Positions 61,326-64,000 of a DNA stretch of 64,000 nt are shown piece by piece (within the stretch, counting starts at the first letter, position 1; every line of letters starts with the position of its first letter). The DNA lies in contig NW_003314360.1 of NCBI RefSeq assembly GCF_000143415.4, positions 290,284-354,283 of the forward strand, given 5' to 3'. Made by a program: the position numbers and the translations under genes. The DNA is from Selaginella moellendorffii. Lineage: Eukaryota; Plantae; Lycopodiophyta. The notes under the pieces were generated by a model. The model saw nothing but the letters and a program-made list of their open reading frames with translations. It was not told the origin of the DNA and did no database searches.

Positions 61326-64000
61326 TATACTACCTGTTCATTGGCCTTATGACTATCCCATTGATTTACAGGAAGGAGCGTCACCTCTGTGGGGGCCTAT
61401 CTACGGGTTATCCCCGTCCGAGCTTAAGGCCCTCAAAGAGCACGTAGATGAGAACCTTGTCTCGGGGTACATTTAACATTCGCAATCCCCGGTTGGAGCA
61501 CCTGTCTTCTTTGTCAAGAAGAAGGATGGGAGTTTGTGGCTAGTCATTGATTACCAAGGTTTGAACAAGGTGACTGTTCGGAACCGTTATCCGCTGCCCT
61601 TGATCTCGGACTTGTTGGAACGCCTTGGTGGTGCCCGCTTCTTCACCAAGATCAACCTCCGTGGAGCATACAACCTGATCTGGATCCGGCCTGGTGATGA
61701 ATGGAAAACTGCGTTCCGAACCCACTATGGCCACTTCGAGTACACTGTTATGCCATTTGGCTTAACAAATGCTCCAGCAGTTTTCCAACACATGGCAAAC
61801 AACGTCTTTCGGGAGTTTCTTGATCAAATGGTGATTGTCTACCTCGATGACATCCTCATTTACTCAAAAACTCAAGAAGAGCACGACGAACATGTACGAA
61901 AGGTACTGGTGAAGCTGCAAGAACACAACATATATGCGAAGCTTGAGAAATGTTCCTTCGATCAGCAGTCTGTGGAGTTCCTTGGGTACATTGTCACTCT
62001 TGAGGGTATCATGATGGATTCTGCCAAAGTCAAGACTATTTTCGAGTGGGAGCCTCCACAATCAATGTCGGACGTTCAGGTTTTCCTTGACTTCGCCAAC
62101 TTCTACCGCAAATTCATTGATCACTACTCTAACATTGTCCTTCCTCTCATGCATTTCACTTGCAAGAATGTTCCCTTCTCTTGGTCTGCTGTTGCCCAGC
62201 AGGCCTTTGACACACTCAAGGCGGCCTTCAGTTCAGCTCCCGTTTTGATCCATGCTGATTCCTCACAACCTTTCTTCATCGAGGCTGACGCCTCTGACTT
62301 TGCCATCGGTGCTTTGCTGTCTCAACTCGAAGCGGATCAAGAACTTCATCTGGTCGCTTTCCATTCTTGGAAATTCCAGCCTACGGAGATCAATTACGAA
62401 ATCCACGACAAGGAGCTCCTTGCCATCATGGATTCCTTTGGAGAGTGGCGCCGTTTCTTGGAGGGGGCGGGCCATCAAACAACAATCTAGACGGTTCACA
62501 AAAATCTCGAGTACTTTGCCACTTCCCGAGTTTTAAGCTGTCATCAAGCAAGGTGGGCACAATTCCTGAGTTAGTTTGACTTTGTTATCAAGTACAAACC
62601 TGGAAAGCTTCAAGGCCTTCCTGATGCTCTTTCAAGGCGCTCCTATCTCAGTCTCAAGCCTGGTAATCCTACCTTTGATCAACAGGATCAAGTTATCCTC
62701 GGTCCTGATTGGCTTCAAGTTATGGCAATTTCTCTGGCCCATCAGGACTCCTCCTTGATGGATGCGATTAGAAACGATCTTCAATCCGATGATCTCACCA
62801 GCGACATTTTCCCCATTTTTAGGCTTTTCACCCAGTGACTCCCGACTGCTGGCGATTTGACGAGTTTGAGTTCTTAGATGGCTTATTGTACCGTGGGGAG
62901 TAGCTTTACGTTCCTAAAGGTGATGCTCGAAGGTTGGTCCTGATGGCGTGCCACGATAGCCCGATTATTGGTCACTTCGGCATTGCGAAAACCTATGAGC
63001 TAGTTGCACGGGACTTTTGGTGGCCTCACATGGACGACTACATCAAAGCTTTTGTTACCTCCTGTGACACTTGCACCCGGAATAAAGTACCTCCCCACCT
63101 TCCTTCAGGTTTGCTCCGTTCCCTTTTGGTCCCTTTAGGTCCTTGGGAATCCATCTCCATGGATTTCTTGAGTGATTTTCCGAGTTCTGGAGGCTTCAAC
63201 AGCATTTTAGTCATGGTGGATCGCTTCACAAAGATGGCGCACTTCTTGCCATGTACCAAGGAGTTTTCGGGTGAGGACATGGCAAAAGTGGTATTCAGGG
63301 AAATTTTTCGACTTCATGGGATTCCTACAGATGTGGTTTTGGATCGGGGGCCTCAGTTCATCTCTCATTTCTAGCAACGGTTTTTGCAGCTGCTTGGAGT
63401 GAAGGTCAACCTCTCTTCGGCGTATCATCCTCAAACTGATGGACAGTCCGAGCGAACGATTCAGATGTTGGAACAATTCTTGAGGTGCTTCATCAACTAT
63501 CATCAAGATAACTGGTTCGATATCCTTCCCCTTGCTGAGTTCTCCTATAACAACTCTGTTCACTCCTCTCTTCAAATTTCCCCCTTCTTTGCAAACTCTG
63601 GCCGAAATCCCCGATTCAATCTCTCACTTCCTTCTCCATCCAAATCCTCTCGTTCAAATCCCCGCTCTGTGGCATTTGTCTCCAACCTCTAGGAAATCCA
63701 CAACTCCATCTCCTTCCACCTCCATCGTGCTCAGGAATCTCACAAAACATTTGCCAATGTCCATCATCAGGATTGTCCCCCTTACAATATTGGGGATAAA
63801 ATCTGGCTCCTTAGGCGAAATATCTCCACCACCAAGCCCTGTCCAAAACTTGATTTCAAACGCCTCGGTCCTTTCCCTATCACTGCCATCATTAACCCTG
63901 TCACTTATCGCCTTGCACTTCCCTCCTCATATCAAATTCACCCCATTTTTCACTCCTCTCTCCTTGAGCCTTATATTCTCAGTCCTATTCCCAATTGGGT

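Larger units (their letters stand above)
58826..64000 (+). mobile_element. Tcn1/Tf1-sushi-like Ty3/Gypsy element, mildly decayed, runs off the window
   Basis: 5' LTR TGTCA..TGACA 58826-59200; gag PAKFSG..CLYC..PNHK...C; PR ALLDSSAT; RT YLDDILIYS; RH EADASD, IHDKELLAI; INT GHFGIAKT, SMDF, YHPQTDGQSER, KRLGPF; scattered stops. Confidence 0.92.

Overview
Eukaryotic plant genomic DNA, compact with very short (about 45-70 nt) GT-AG introns. This is most consistent with the lycophyte Selaginella (inference from sequence style only). Bases 1-46 kb are gene-rich: two tandem DUF630/DUF632 genes, a P-loop ATPase pseudogene, a GulLO-like FAD oxidase, DUF506, a CNX1 pseudogene with an internal inversion, an unknown 513-aa membrane protein with local degenerate copies, pyruvate decarboxylase, head-to-head TSR1 and MTA (METTL3-type), tandem TPR-like units carrying MTA-derived remnants, and a SWEET-like membrane gene. 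Decayed retroelements and local segmental duplications are interspersed. Bases 46-64 kb are a nested retrotransposon cluster: an old Ty3/Gypsy host containing a young 5S-rRNA-bearing Cassandra TRIM, a chromovirus (itself hit by a solo LTR and a second TRIM), and a Tcn1/Tf1-sushi-like chromovirus with a self-priming structure, a -1 frameshift heptamer and a MITE. The most unusual observation is that the first chromovirus integrase is interrupted by two ~50-nt inserts with spliceosomal-intron features whose precise removal restores conserved motifs (YHPQTDGQTER and KLIQRFVGPY).
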